Assembly: GCA_049516875.1 (NCBI GenBank) | Contig: JBEKSS010000003.1 | Span: 160,001 to 224,000 of the forward strand | Direction of reading: 5' to 3' | Length of the DNA stretch: 64,000 nucleotides | Source: Candidatus Bathyarchaeia archaeon | GTDB lineage: Archaea > Thermoproteota > Bathyarchaeia > Bathyarchaeales > Bathycorpusculaceae | In this document: positions 30,435-39,685 of the stretch, piece by piece | Numbering within the stretch: the stretch's first letter is position 1 | How the letters are laid out: each line of letters begins with the position of its first letter | The notes under the pieces: model-generated | Told to the model about the DNA's origin: nothing | What the model saw: only the letters and a program-made list of their open reading frames with translations | Databases searched by the model: none | Translations under genes and position numbers: made by a program

Positions 30435-30685
30435 GCAAGCCTGCTTGCCGCAATCTTGTCGGAAACCCTGACCACTAAATCGCCGTCTATCGCAGTTCTC
30501 GGCAAACCGTAGAAACTTGCCGCCAAAGTCCCAGAAAACGCATAATCAAGTCCAACAGTTCCAAAAGCCTTGGCCAATCGCCTGATCAAACGTGATGAGC
30601 TTCCACCCTAATTCACGTGTCAGCCTCGTGTTTCCACCTGTTTCCCACTTCAAGCCTCTCCTCCACATCCCGACTCCGAGACGCG
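30435..30685 (-). pseudogene. Decayed copy of the 33241-34063 nucleotidyltransferase/antitoxin pair
   Basis: Nucleotide match GTTCTCGGCAAACCGTAGAAACTTGC...TAATCAAGTCCA...CAAGCCTCTC...CACATCCCGACT to 33620-34040. Confidence 0.8.
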
Positions 30686-30902
30686 CTCTCTCTCGCGCTA
30701 ATGAGCTACCTCGGCAGCTTTTCACGCTTGGCACTCGAATCCAAAATGAACAAACTTTTACGTGGATAACACTCGCGACCACCTATAATCTACGCGCGAT
30801 GTCTCACGATAGGACGTAGCTTGTTCACTCCAAAGACGATAGAAGAGTGTTCCATAAGTGTTAATTCTTCGAATTTGCCCTTCTATGTCAGTAGAGGGGA
30901 GA

Positions 30903-32003
30903 ATGTTGAGGAGAGCAGTGTCTTCAGCACTTTTGATTCTTCTAATTATCAGCATATTGTCCTTGGGCGTTGTTCCAGGCACACGCTTGAACGAGGTATC
31001 AGCTTCTCATGAATGCCGGCTCTGGGGGATCACCTCGACTTCACTTTCCTCGTATGTGGTTCTGAACCAACTGATCTACCTGCCTAATTCGCTAAAGGCT
31101 CTTGGAGCTAGCAATCCGAACGGATGGGGCCTCGGCTTCTACAACAACACCGAACCAACCGTCCTGAGGGGTCAGTCTGCTGCCAACACGGACCCGAACT
31201 TCGATTTGGCCGCGAGTGAGGTCGCGGGAAGTGGGGCGATAATAGCCGTTGGCCACGTCAGAAGAGCCTCTTCTGGACTTGTGAACATACCCGATCCGCA
31301 CCCGTTTGAACGCTATAAGGACGGCAAGTGGTGGTTGTTCTGCCACAACGGCGGGATCGACAAGACCATCCTCATTAATCTTATCGGAACAGAATATTTG
31401 GCGCAGAATCCACCTTCCGTTGGCAGCAACCAAGGCGAATGGATAGACTCAGAACTCTACTTCATCTACATACTGAAGTGCTGTGAGCAGAGCAACTGGA
31501 ACGTCCAAGAAGGAATAACGAAGGCGATAGTGGGCATCTGCAACGCAGTTTCAGGAACAGGTGAAACGTTGAACTTCCTCCTAACGGATGGACAAACGCT
31601 ATGGGGCTTCAGCAAGGGAAACACCCTCTATTACTACCGTGACCCGCAATACCTGGCAATCGCCTCTCAATACCCTACGGCCTCTCATGGAGCATGGATG
31701 ACCGTAAGCGACTTCTACTTAGTTACGCTCTTCAGAGGCAACGCGCCCTCTGTACAGCGCCTGTGTTACAGTGTAACGGCACTCGTGAAGGACTCTTCGA
31801 CCGGAAGGTCTGTTTCCCAAGCCAATGTGACTCTTGATGGTGCCTATATCGGAATGACGGATAGCTCTGGCAAGCTTTTCCTGCAAGCCGTAGCGCCAGG
31901 ATCGCACACTCTAACCGTCACTAAGACGGGATATTACAACGCCGCAGCCTCAATAAACGTCACATCTGACGTGACAGCAACGGTGCGCTTGAAGAGGAAG
32001 TGA
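30903..32003 (+). CDS. Secreted class II glutamine amidotransferase-like Ntn hydrolase (EgtC/YafJ-like) with C-terminal PEGA/Ig-like domain
   Basis: Signal peptide; CRLWG, NPNGWG, HVRRAS, PHPF, HNG, DSE motifs. Confidence 0.85.
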   Translation: MLRRAVSSALLILLIISILSLGVVPGTRLNEVSASHECRLWGITSTSLSSYVVLNQLIYLPNSLKALGASNPNGWGLGFYNNTEPTVLRGQSAANTDPNFDLAASEVAGSGAIIAVGHVRRASSGLVNIPDPHPFERYKDGKWWLFCHNGGIDKTILINLIGTEYLAQNPPSVGSNQGEWIDSELYFIYILKCCEQSNWNVQEGITKAIVGICNAVSGTGETLNFLLTDGQTLWGFSKGNTLYYYRDPQYLAIASQYPTASHGAWMTVSDFYLVTLFRGNAPSVQRLCYSVTALVKDSSTGRSVSQANVTLDGAYIGMTDSSGKLFLQAVAPGSHTLTVTKTGYYNAAASINVTSDVTATVRLKRK

Positions 32004-32127
32004 GTGTCAGAATTAAACGCTAAGAAAACGCGCGCTGTATGTTTGATCGGTTTTCGGCGTTGAAATACATCCAAGCTTGAAATAATGTCTATAATAGTTC
32101 ATGTGCATTCTTCACTAGGGTAGTGAG

Positions 32128-32358
32128 ATGGTTAACTGTCCCGAATGTGGAAAGCCCTTGAAGAAGGGATCAAACGGCCTAAGTAGGTACTATTGCGATA
32201 ACCAGCGTTGCATCGTTGCATTCGTGCGTTACCCTTTTGAGCCAAACAAAGCTAGGATTGCTTACACAGGACTTGCTCGATCGATCTCAGTGAATCCTCC
32301 AAGTCAACCTAAATGGACCTCAAGATCGACCGATCATTCAGCTTTCCAAACATTCTAG
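32128..32358 (+). CDS. Small zinc-ribbon protein
   Basis: CPEC...CDNQRC; stop is part of CTAGCGCGCGCTAG. Confidence 0.6.
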   Translation: MVNCPECGKPLKKGSNGLSRYYCDNQRCIVAFVRYPFEPNKARIAYTGLARSISVNPPSQPKWTSRSTDHSAFQTF

Positions 32359-32425
32359 CGCGCGCTAGCCAAAGAGGCTTAATTGAGAACCCAATGCAAC
32401 GTTAACAAAAAGGAAATGGGAGAAT

Positions 32426-32951
32426 TCAATACCAGTATGTTATCGTCACTGTCTCCGAGGCACTAGCAAAAAAGTTGTTGTTAATCACTCGGACACCTAT
32501 GTTGTTTGCGGGAAGAACAGGGAACCATGCTGAACCGCCTGAACCAACGTTTACAGTACTGTTATAGTTAACTTCATTCCATGAATATTTCAATTCAACA
32601 TAGGTGTTCGAATTCGAAGAAGACAGGATGTCTACAACGACATAACCCGCATAGCTTACAGAGTAAGACCAAGAAGTATAGGTGTTGGAGGAATTTCCTG
32701 CTGGTTGATTTATAGATTCATTATTCACCCAGACCGTTGAATTAGACAGATTAACTATGGCAGTAAGCCTATCAATCGTGGAATTATCAAACTTGACTTG
32801 GCTTTGAAGGTTGGCTATTTGAGAATCCTTATTGTTTAACACTGATGTATAATCAACTACCAGTCCAATCATAGTAACCAATAGAACAATGCACAACACT
32901 CCGATTCCTATTGCAACGTTCCTGTTTACAACTTTCTTTTTTTTCACTCAT
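32426..32951 (-). CDS. Membrane-anchored coiled-coil/beta-domain protein, paralog of 35939-36448 (ATG out of frame in an A8 tract; in-frame GTG at 32947)
   Basis: High identity to 35939-36448; T8 at 32937-32944 versus T4 in the paralog. Confidence 0.75.
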
Positions 32952-33093
32952 TCTTGAATCGCCGTCTTCTCTTTTTGGCCATTACAAATATAACATTTTA
33001 TGCGGGCCTCTTTCTGAGTTTTCGTGTGTGTCCATGTCTTCTATGGCAACCATCTCTTTCCTGGAATATGAGAGCAGAATCAAAAGCATTGTT

Positions 33094-33120
33094 CACCATT
33101 TTCGGAACAAGCATGCGCGC
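33094..33120. repeat. Solo terminal repeat of the MITE family
   Basis: CACCATTTTCGGAACAAGCATGCGCGC is nearly the reverse complement of the left end at 50884. Confidence 0.75.
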
Positions 33121-33240
33121 TAATGCGACTCTCAATCGGTCTGAGAGCGACACAATTCTAATCTCATATTTTCTGTCTGACTTATCGGGTAGGTGCGTTT
33201 GCTGCGCGCGCTTGACGATTCGTTCTAGACGATAACGTAC

Positions 33241-33795
33241 TCATATATTTCCTTCAGCAGTCAAGGCTTCAAGAATCGACAGTGTTGTCTCTTCCTTGGC
33301 TTTTTTCTTTATCGCTTTAAGATCTACCGCAGTGAACCTCAAAATTGCTCTGACGTCCTCTTTATCCTTCACGGTCCTCTCCTCTGGCAAAGTTGCCTTG
33401 ATCATTCGCAGCTTTGCTGAAATCAAGTCTTCAGGCGTCTGGAAAAAGGTTTGAACGCCGGCAACGGTTCCAGTTCTCTTTTGGAATTTCTTATTCGAAA
33501 GTATGACGTCAACACTGTACGCGGTCTTTCTGTCGGCAAACGTCGCAATCCTGTAACCTGATGTGAGCGCCTTATCGACTTCTTTCTTATCAACGCTCAT
33601 TCCAGCGCGCTCTAGGGCACAGACAAGCTTGCTTCTCGCGTCCTTGTCGGACACTCGCACTACCAGATCGACGTCTGTTGTCGTTCTCGGCAAACCGTAA
33701 AAACTTGCTGCCAACGCCCCAGTAAACACGTAATCAAGTCCATCAGTCCCCAAAGCTTTGACCAGTCGCCTTATCAAACCGTGATAGGCTTCCAT
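33241..33795 (-). CDS. AbiEii/DUF6036-like nucleotidyltransferase (toxin-antitoxin type)
   Basis: GALAASFYGLPRTTTDVD, PEDLISAKL, KDKED. Confidence 0.8.
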   Translation of the reverse strand: MEAYHGLIRRLVKALGTDGLDYVFTGALAASFYGLPRTTTDVDLVVRVSDKDARSKLVCALERAGMSVDKKEVDKALTSGYRIATFADRKTAYSVDVILSNKKFQKRTGTVAGVQTFFQTPEDLISAKLRMIKATLPEERTVKDKEDVRAILRFTAVDLKAIKKKAKEETTLSILEALTAEGNI

Positions 33796-33796
33796 C

Positions 33797-34063
33797 CTAC
33801 TTCACGCATCCGTCTCCCCTCTGCGACCGTTTCGCCCATCCAAGCCTCTCACGCAGCCTCTCCTTCAACTCCTCTTCCGTCATGTTCGGATTCTGCGCTC
33901 TCATCCCCTCCATACATACGCTGGCCATAGCCTCAGTCAATTCAACCGCCATGTTAACCTTCACTCCGGGTTCCAGTCGCCCCAGCCGCTCCATATTCAC
34001 CCTCCGCACAGGCCCAACTCTCTCCCACACATCCCGACTGCGAGATCTGTGCAACACGTTCAC
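33797..34063 (-). CDS. Small putative antitoxin partner
   Basis: Coupled upstream of the NTase; GMRAQNPNMTEEELKERLRERL pattern. Confidence 0.7.
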   Translation of the reverse strand: MNVLHRSRSRDVWERVGPVRRVNMERLGRLEPGVKVNMAVELTEAMASVCMEGMRAQNPNMTEEELKERLRERLGWAKRSQRGDGCVK

Positions 34064-34241
34064 CCCACAAAGCTAAACTATGACACATTCCCTTAAGAAA
34101 CATTCCCTGAAATGTCCAGTCTCAAACAAACACATAGACCATTGAAAACCATAAAATCGTGGCCAACTCCGAACTTGCTTGGATTCAGAAAACACAAACG
34201 ACTATCACAGGAACCATCATACTACCTTCTTGAGTCTTCTT

Positions 34242-34373
34242 TGTAGCGGGCAGGGTGGGATTTGCACTTCATCCTCACCGGAGATACAGCGCAATAATAG
34301 AAAACGTTCACTATGCCGGGCGCTCCGTTTAACCATCCGCTCCTGTCAGCGTCGAAACCGAAGCTCGTGTACC
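34242..34373 (-). ncRNA. Candidate structured tRNA-like RNA or decayed tRNA
   Basis: TTATAT box upstream, cUUCGg hairpin, CGGAG/CTCCG and AGCGG/CCGCT stems, T-arm-like GTGCAAATCCCAC. Confidence 0.35.
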
Positions 34374-34440
34374 AGCGCATTCCCAAGTCACCATATAATT
34401 GGAGTGCAAAATTCCTTGTGTCCGCTGCTGCAACGCCGCC

Positions 34441-35772
34441 TCAAACACTGTGAGAGTAGCGAGCTCTAACGAGCACCTTGGTCGGCCTTGGCAGAGCCAT
34501 CCCGTTGGCTATCCACTCGCCCGTCGTCAACTGAGGCAGCAGAGCAGACTTCTCGCCAACCGTGTTCTTGAGGTGCTCCAGGTCTGCATTACCCGTCGTC
34601 CTTCCCATCAACTGGGTGCCCATCTGAGACAAAACCGTCCCGCTGATCTCAGCCGGGTGCTGCGAAAGCAGCAGCAGCGAGACCCCTGCCTTTCTTCCTT
34701 CGGAGGCAACTTTTCTAAGCGTCTTCGCCTCAACCATCTCAGCGTCTTCAATCACCAACACAAAAGGTTCCACGCTCCTGTCAAACCTGGCACTCCAAAA
34801 ACTCCTGATTATACACGTGAAAAGGCTGCCCCGCTCTTCGGCAGCCAAGCCCTTGGCATCAACAACCGTCACCTGTTCAGGCTTGACTCCCTCCATCAAC
34901 GCGTCCTTGATCTCGATCTCAGTCTTCTCGTCGCACACCTTCCCCCACCGACTGGAAATGCCTCTGACAGAATACCTGTCCTCTCTCGCGAGCTCAACCC
35001 CGCACTTCTTCAGAGTCTTCGTCGTCCCTTCAACATCGCTGGCGTACACTGAAACCTTGAAGTCAAAGGGATAATCCTTAGCCGATGCAAAACCTTCCGC
35101 ATCCAGCTCTTTAAGGCGCTTTCCAACCACACCAACAGTCACGTACTCGCCGTAGGCATCCAACACGACCACGGGGCATCGGCATTTGTTCGCCAACTCC
35201 TCAACGATGACAGCACCCGCGTGAGTCTTCCCTACTCCGGACATCCCAGTGATAAGAAAATGCTGCTTCACAAAGTCCTCACCGTTAAGATAGAAATTTA
35301 GCGGTCTAGAATCCCCGTTTCCATAAGCCGCACGCGATTCCAACGTTCCCACGTGAAGAGCGTGCCCAAACCGTTTCCCATCCTGATTCCTCAGGAAAAC
35401 ATCCTCCAGAAACTCGTAAAACGGCAAGTAGACCTTGCTTCCCGGCGACGGCGGCACCGACAACCTGCGCAACGGCCGCGCGTCAGCATCCCTGAGGTCC
35501 ACGTACCCCAGTATCTCACCCGTAGCCAAGGTCTCAACAGTCTTCTCATTAACAGTCGTCCCGACAACCTGCTCGTAATTCCTGATTTCCTTCACCACAG
35601 CCAGCAACGGGCACAACTCGCCGTAAACGGGGTGATCCACCATGACGTAGTCTTCCATCCCAATCCACATCCTATTCCTCAGGGGGGTCACAAAAAAACC
35701 GAACTGACGCGTACTCGTATCGCTCGTTACAATCCCCACGTGCTCCCTCAGCCGAATCTCGTTCTGACTCAT
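34441..35772 (-). CDS. HerA/DUF87-family ATPase with N-terminal HAS-barrel
   Basis: HFLITGMSGVGKT, VLDAYGEY, EGRKAGV...SQHP. Confidence 0.85.
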   Translation of the reverse strand: MSQNEIRLREHVGIVTSDTSTRQFGFFVTPLRNRMWIGMEDYVMVDHPVYGELCPLLAVVKEIRNYEQVVGTTVNEKTVETLATGEILGYVDLRDADARPLRRLSVPPSPGSKVYLPFYEFLEDVFLRNQDGKRFGHALHVGTLESRAAYGNGDSRPLNFYLNGEDFVKQHFLITGMSGVGKTHAGAVIVEELANKCRCPVVVLDAYGEYVTVGVVGKRLKELDAEGFASAKDYPFDFKVSVYASDVEGTTKTLKKCGVELAREDRYSVRGISSRWGKVCDEKTEIEIKDALMEGVKPEQVTVVDAKGLAAEERGSLFTCIIRSFWSARFDRSVEPFVLVIEDAEMVEAKTLRKVASEGRKAGVSLLLLSQHPAEISGTVLSQMGTQLMGRTTGNADLEHLKNTVGEKSALLPQLTTGEWIANGMALPRPTKVLVRARYSHSV

Positions 35773-35938
35773 CAAGACCGCCTGCAACGATTCCCACTTA
35801 TCGGCCCCAACATTTTAACTTATTGCACACGAGTTTTGCTAACTCTTAGGGGCTTGAGCGTATTTTGGAACTGCCTGTCAACCAGAGGATCTTAATCAAG
35901 AATCCACATGCACAGCTGACAGAAAATGGAGACGGACT

Positions 35939-36448
35939 CTAGTACCAGTATGTTACCGTCACTGTCTCCGAGGCACCAGTAGAAAAGTTCCCGTTAATCA
36001 CTCGAACACCTATGTTGTTTGCGGGAAGAACAGGAAACGATGCTGAACCGCCTGAACCAACGTTTACTGTATTGTCATAGTTAACTTCGTTCCACGAGTA
36101 TGACACTTCAACATACGTGTTGGAAATCGAAGAAGACAGAACATCCACAACGACATAGCCCGCATAGCTTACCGAGTAAGACCAAGAAGTGAAGTTTCCT
36201 GCTGGTTGATTTATCGATTCATTATTCACCCAAATCGTTGAATTAGACAAATTAACTATGGCAGTGAGCCTGTCAATTGTGGTATTAGCAAACGTAATCT
36301 GGTTTTTAAGGTCGGCCATTTGAGAATCCTTATTGTTTAGCATTGACGTGTAGTCAACCACTACTCCAACCACAGCAACCAACAGAACAATGCATAACCC
36401 TCCGATTCCTATTGCAACGTTTCTGTTCACAACTTTCTTTTCACTCAT
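35939..36448 (-). CDS. Membrane-anchored coiled-coil/beta-domain protein, paralog of 32426-32951
   Basis: N-terminal TM, coiled coil, Asn/Ser-rich beta domain. Confidence 0.8.
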   Translation of the reverse strand: MSEKKVVNRNVAIGIGGLCIVLLVAVVGVVVDYTSMLNNKDSQMADLKNQITFANTTIDRLTAIVNLSNSTIWVNNESINQPAGNFTSWSYSVSYAGYVVVDVLSSSISNTYVEVSYSWNEVNYDNTVNVGSGGSASFPVLPANNIGVRVINGNFSTGASETVTVTYWY

Positions 36449-36499
36449 TTCTGAAGCACCGGCTTCTCTTTTTCGCCCCTGGCAAATATAAGATTTTTT

Positions 36500-36841
36500 A
36501 TGCAGGCCATGCCGTTAACTGAGTGGGTGACCCGCGTGAAAGATGAGCCGCTCACAATTCGCTCGGCAGAAATCAGTGATTACTCTGCTTGTTTACCTCT
36601 TTTCAAACTGCTTTACCCTGGAAACATAGGCCCAAACTTCCAAAATCTTTTCCCAAAATATGCCGAGCGGGACGCAATTCTGTTAGCTGAAGCATCTGAT
36701 AAACTACTTGGAATCTTGATGGGAAGCCATAATTTAGATATTGATTGTGAAGGGAGAATCGCAAGGGTTGACGCAGTAGTAGTGGATGAGAACCATCGAA
36801 TGAAAGGAATCGGCAAAAGACTCGTAAAATGCTTAGCGCGC
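36500..36841 (+). pseudogene. 3'-truncated GNAT acetyltransferase
   Basis: VVVDENHRMKGIGKRL motif A; GNAT-like sequence ends at TTAGCGCGC 36833-36841. Confidence 0.7.
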
Positions 36842-37105
36842 TCCAAGGTATTGATGGTTTTCCTTTTACCAACCGACGGCTTTGCAGACGGCGGATACAC
36901 GTGCCCACAGCAAAAAAAGCGCGGAAGCAGAAGCTCTAACGGAATTCGTCTTCAACTATGCTACCGGGCTCGTTCAATCTGCATCAGATGGCCAATGGAT
37001 ATGGTAACCTTGACGATGGCATAGGAGCATTTCCCCAACACCTCAATGCTTATATCGATATCGGTTTTTCGTAGGCGCGCGCGAAAGAGTGACGGTTGCA
37101 AGCAG

Positions 37106-37438
37106 TTACTTGCCAAACATGGATTCTACGAAAAGGTGAACGTTTTCGATGTTGAGCAGAATGTTCGTGATTTTTTCTTCTCCCTTCTTGGTTAGTTTGT
37201 AGACCCTCTTTCTGTTGACCACGATGCCCTCCACAAGTTCTTTTCTCTCCATAGCGTACATCACTGAGTATACAGTGCCAGGGGAAGGAAGCGTGTAGAA
37301 CTTTCTGCGAAATGAAGTGATAATGTCATAGCCGCTCATACCTGCACTGTTTCTGAGTTCTTTCAAGATTACAAGATCCATAAAACTTCTGATAAGCCGT
37401 TCACGCAACTCTTCAGAAATCCTCCGCAACATGTTCAT
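37106..37438 (-). CDS. PadR-family transcriptional regulator
   Basis: MSGYDII...SPGTVYSVMYAMERKELV...RKRVYKLTKKG. Confidence 0.88.
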   Translation of the reverse strand: MNMLRRISEELRERLIRSFMDLVILKELRNSAGMSGYDIITSFRRKFYTLPSPGTVYSVMYAMERKELVEGIVVNRKRVYKLTKKGEEKITNILLNIENVHLFVESMFGK

Positions 37439-37527
37439 CAGACTCCGAATGGAACTCGGAATTGTGTTTTCAAAGTTTATTTGACTTTCGGTGCAAAAAA
37501 ATACAAAAAATGGCAAAAAGTGAAAAG

Positions 37528-38661
37528 CTAGGTAGCTTCCAGGAACCGCTTCACTGTGGACTGCAACTTTTCCAAGTATGCCTCATGGTCGTACAGCCAC
37601 GTGTTGTCCTTGAACAATTGATAAGGGATAGTATCTCTCTGTGTCTTAGCCAAGTCTTGAATGACATATTCATAAGTGTTCAAGAACCCAGCCCTCACCA
37701 GTTTTGAAAGCGCTTCGGTGAGATTTCTTAACTGCTGTCTTGGCAAGTATACTTGGACGAATAGCTGATTCCTGCCATACACTTTTCCCGCCGCTCTGGC
37801 AAACGGCTTGTTCATTAATGAACAAGCGAATTTGGTAAGACTCTCATAACTGTTGAAGACAAATCGGAAATAATGCGTGTCTGGAGATAATCCTTTATAA
37901 TGATCTGCTAGGATTTGGGGGTTTTCGAACATTTTCTCTTTGATGACGTGGTTTTCCAGATGATATTTCACTCCTTGCGAGCTTATGCCGAGCATTTTGG
38001 CTATATCTTTCAACTTGATAACACAATTCTTTTCAAATTCTTTTAATATCATAATGTCTATCCAATCTGCCTTCTGTGGGTAACCGTCAGGATCTTTAAG
38101 TGTGTAAGGCAGCCTTCCTTTCTTCGTCATGACTTCTTTTAACCATGAATCCCACGAAAAGATCCATTCTTCAGAGGCGTTGTCAAACCATGCGCTTGTC
38201 ACGTTTATGTTTTGGAAACATGTGGAAAAGTAAAATTTAACGTTACATACTGAATCCAACTCTTCAAGCTTGTGCAAGAACTCTTCAAATTCTTTTTCTT
38301 TTCCTGCAGGGATTCCGTATATCGCCAAACACTTGGGAGACCCAACACATTGACTTACGTACAACCAATAATCATTGGTTTTTAAGCACTGATAAAGTAG
38401 TTCCTCATAACCTGGCCTTGACTCCGCGAAAACTACGACTTTTCTAAGTCCGATGTGAGTATGGTAGATGTTTCCTTGAAGAAACAGAGAAAAATAGGAG
38501 CGTAGATAGTTGATTCTGCGGCGCAGGGTTGCGGTAGGCATGTTGAGCTTCGCTGCAACTTTTGACACGTTTCTTGGGCCATATAACGCCAATCCTTCCA
38601 GTACTTTTACATCGATGCCGTGAACCTTATTCTGCTTGCAGGGCTTCACTCGTTTAATCAA
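37528..38661 (-). CDS. Tandem (double) Lrp/AsnC-type wHTH regulator
   Basis: Two AsnC-like HTH modules: IDVKVLEGL...VAAKLNMPTATLRRRI and IDIMILKEF...IAKMLGISSQGVKYHL. Confidence 0.8.
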   Translation of the reverse strand: MIKRVKPCKQNKVHGIDVKVLEGLALYGPRNVSKVAAKLNMPTATLRRRINYLRSYFSLFLQGNIYHTHIGLRKVVVFAESRPGYEELLYQCLKTNDYWLYVSQCVGSPKCLAIYGIPAGKEKEFEEFLHKLEELDSVCNVKFYFSTCFQNINVTSAWFDNASEEWIFSWDSWLKEVMTKKGRLPYTLKDPDGYPQKADWIDIMILKEFEKNCVIKLKDIAKMLGISSQGVKYHLENHVIKEKMFENPQILADHYKGLSPDTHYFRFVFNSYESLTKFACSLMNKPFARAAGKVYGRNQLFVQVYLPRQQLRNLTEALSKLVRAGFLNTYEYVIQDLAKTQRDTIPYQLFKDNTWLYDHEAYLEKLQSTVKRFLEAT

Positions 38662-38727
38662 GGACTATCGCTGTGTATTTACTGCAACAAGGAATTCTTA
38701 GCACTTTCCCCTAACGGTTTGATATCC

Positions 38728-38958
38728 TTATGGATGTCCCCCACCGCCCACCGGGTCGCCGCCGCATAGTGTGTATCGGCCGTCTGCTGGGTCGCTGATG
38801 TATGTCAGGGTTACACTGTTTTCGCTACCAACGCGGTTTGCGGGATTACCCGTCATCGCGTGGACTGCATACAAGCCTATGGAAACCATCGTGACAGCAA
38901 AGACTGCTGAGCATAGCAAGACCGAAAGCAGTAGGGATTTACCAATATTCAAATTCAT
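38728..38958 (-). CDS. Small secreted peptide precursor ending GGDPVGGGGHP
   Basis: AAGGAGGTG SD; hydrophobic signal with VHA cleavage-like motif; Gly-rich C-terminus. Confidence 0.75.
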   Translation of the reverse strand: MNLNIGKSLLLSVLLCSAVFAVTMVSIGLYAVHAMTGNPANRVGSENSVTLTYISDPADGRYTLCGGDPVGGGGHP

Positions 38959-39049
38959 GACGTTTTCACCTCCTTCACTTTTGGTCAGAAAAATGTATGA
39001 ACTCGACCAAAAATAAAAACGTATGGAGCAGTGCGCACTTATTCCTAAA

Positions 39050-39271
39050 ATGATTAGAGTCCTGACGAGCTAGGGCACAGTCTTTTCATTGCTTTATTCT
39101 ATCGAAGGAAACGGCTGGATAAAGGGCGCCTGGAACCAGCGAAAAAGAGTCTATGCGCTAACCGAGGAGGGAGAACGGCACGTGGAAGTCATCGAAGAAT
39201 CAGCCGAGGAAACCCGAGACTTCCTAAGGGGCATCTCGTTGCTCAATGCACCCAGCGGACCACCAAATTAG
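39050..39271 (+). pseudogene. PadR-family remnant
   Basis: S*GTVFSLLYSIE...RKRVYALTEEG with in-frame TAG; N-terminus missing. Confidence 0.7.
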
Positions 39272-39429
39272 CTTTCCGACACCGTTACTTTTTTTACCTC
39301 TGCAAGCCATGGGATACTGGGCAGGTCTTTTGAAAGACTCTCGAATATCTCCTTCTCAATCTCCTCATTTGATTTCTCTGCACTCTCTTCAACAAGCTGG
39401 ATGATGATGACAGCCTTTTTTGTTTTCAA
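39268..39429 (-). CDS. 53-aa acidic small protein (TTG start, not in ORF track)
   Basis: MKTKKAVIIIQLVEESAEKSNEEIEKEIFESLSKDLPSIPWLAEVKKVTVSES. Confidence 0.6.
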   Translation of the reverse strand: MKTKKAVIIIQLVEESAEKSNEEIEKEIFESLSKDLPSIPWLAEVKKVTVSES

Positions 39430-39511
39430 TCATAGTTCCCGCTCTATATGAGATCATTAGAAGAGAAAAAGGTTGTGACTCATGCATGAGTCAACGTGAA
39501 CCTGAAAACAA

Positions 39512-39685
39512 TCATTCACTCTCGAATCTTATTCTGTGAATACGCCAACAGTAGTGAAGCCTAACGGCATCTTTAACAAAATCTGCGTTGCTAGAGTATC
39601 CCCACTCTGGATGATCCTTAATGAGCAGCTCGATTGCCTCAAGCATCTTGGAAGGCAACTTGACAGTTCTATATTGCTTGGTCAA
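39512..39685 (-). CDS. Ribbon-helix-helix (CopG/Arc-like) protein (TTG start, not in ORF track)
   Basis: YRTVKLPSKMLEAIELLI...GYSSNADFVKDAVR. Confidence 0.75.
   Translation of the reverse strand: MTKQYRTVKLPSKMLEAIELLIKDHPEWGYSSNADFVKDAVRLHYCWRIHRIRFESE

Noticed and set aside
34242-34373. tmRNA, cobalamin riboswitch or functional tRNA
   Set aside because: Only partial motif resemblance; too short for tmRNA, lacks the riboswitch core order, and has no valid D- or T-stem.
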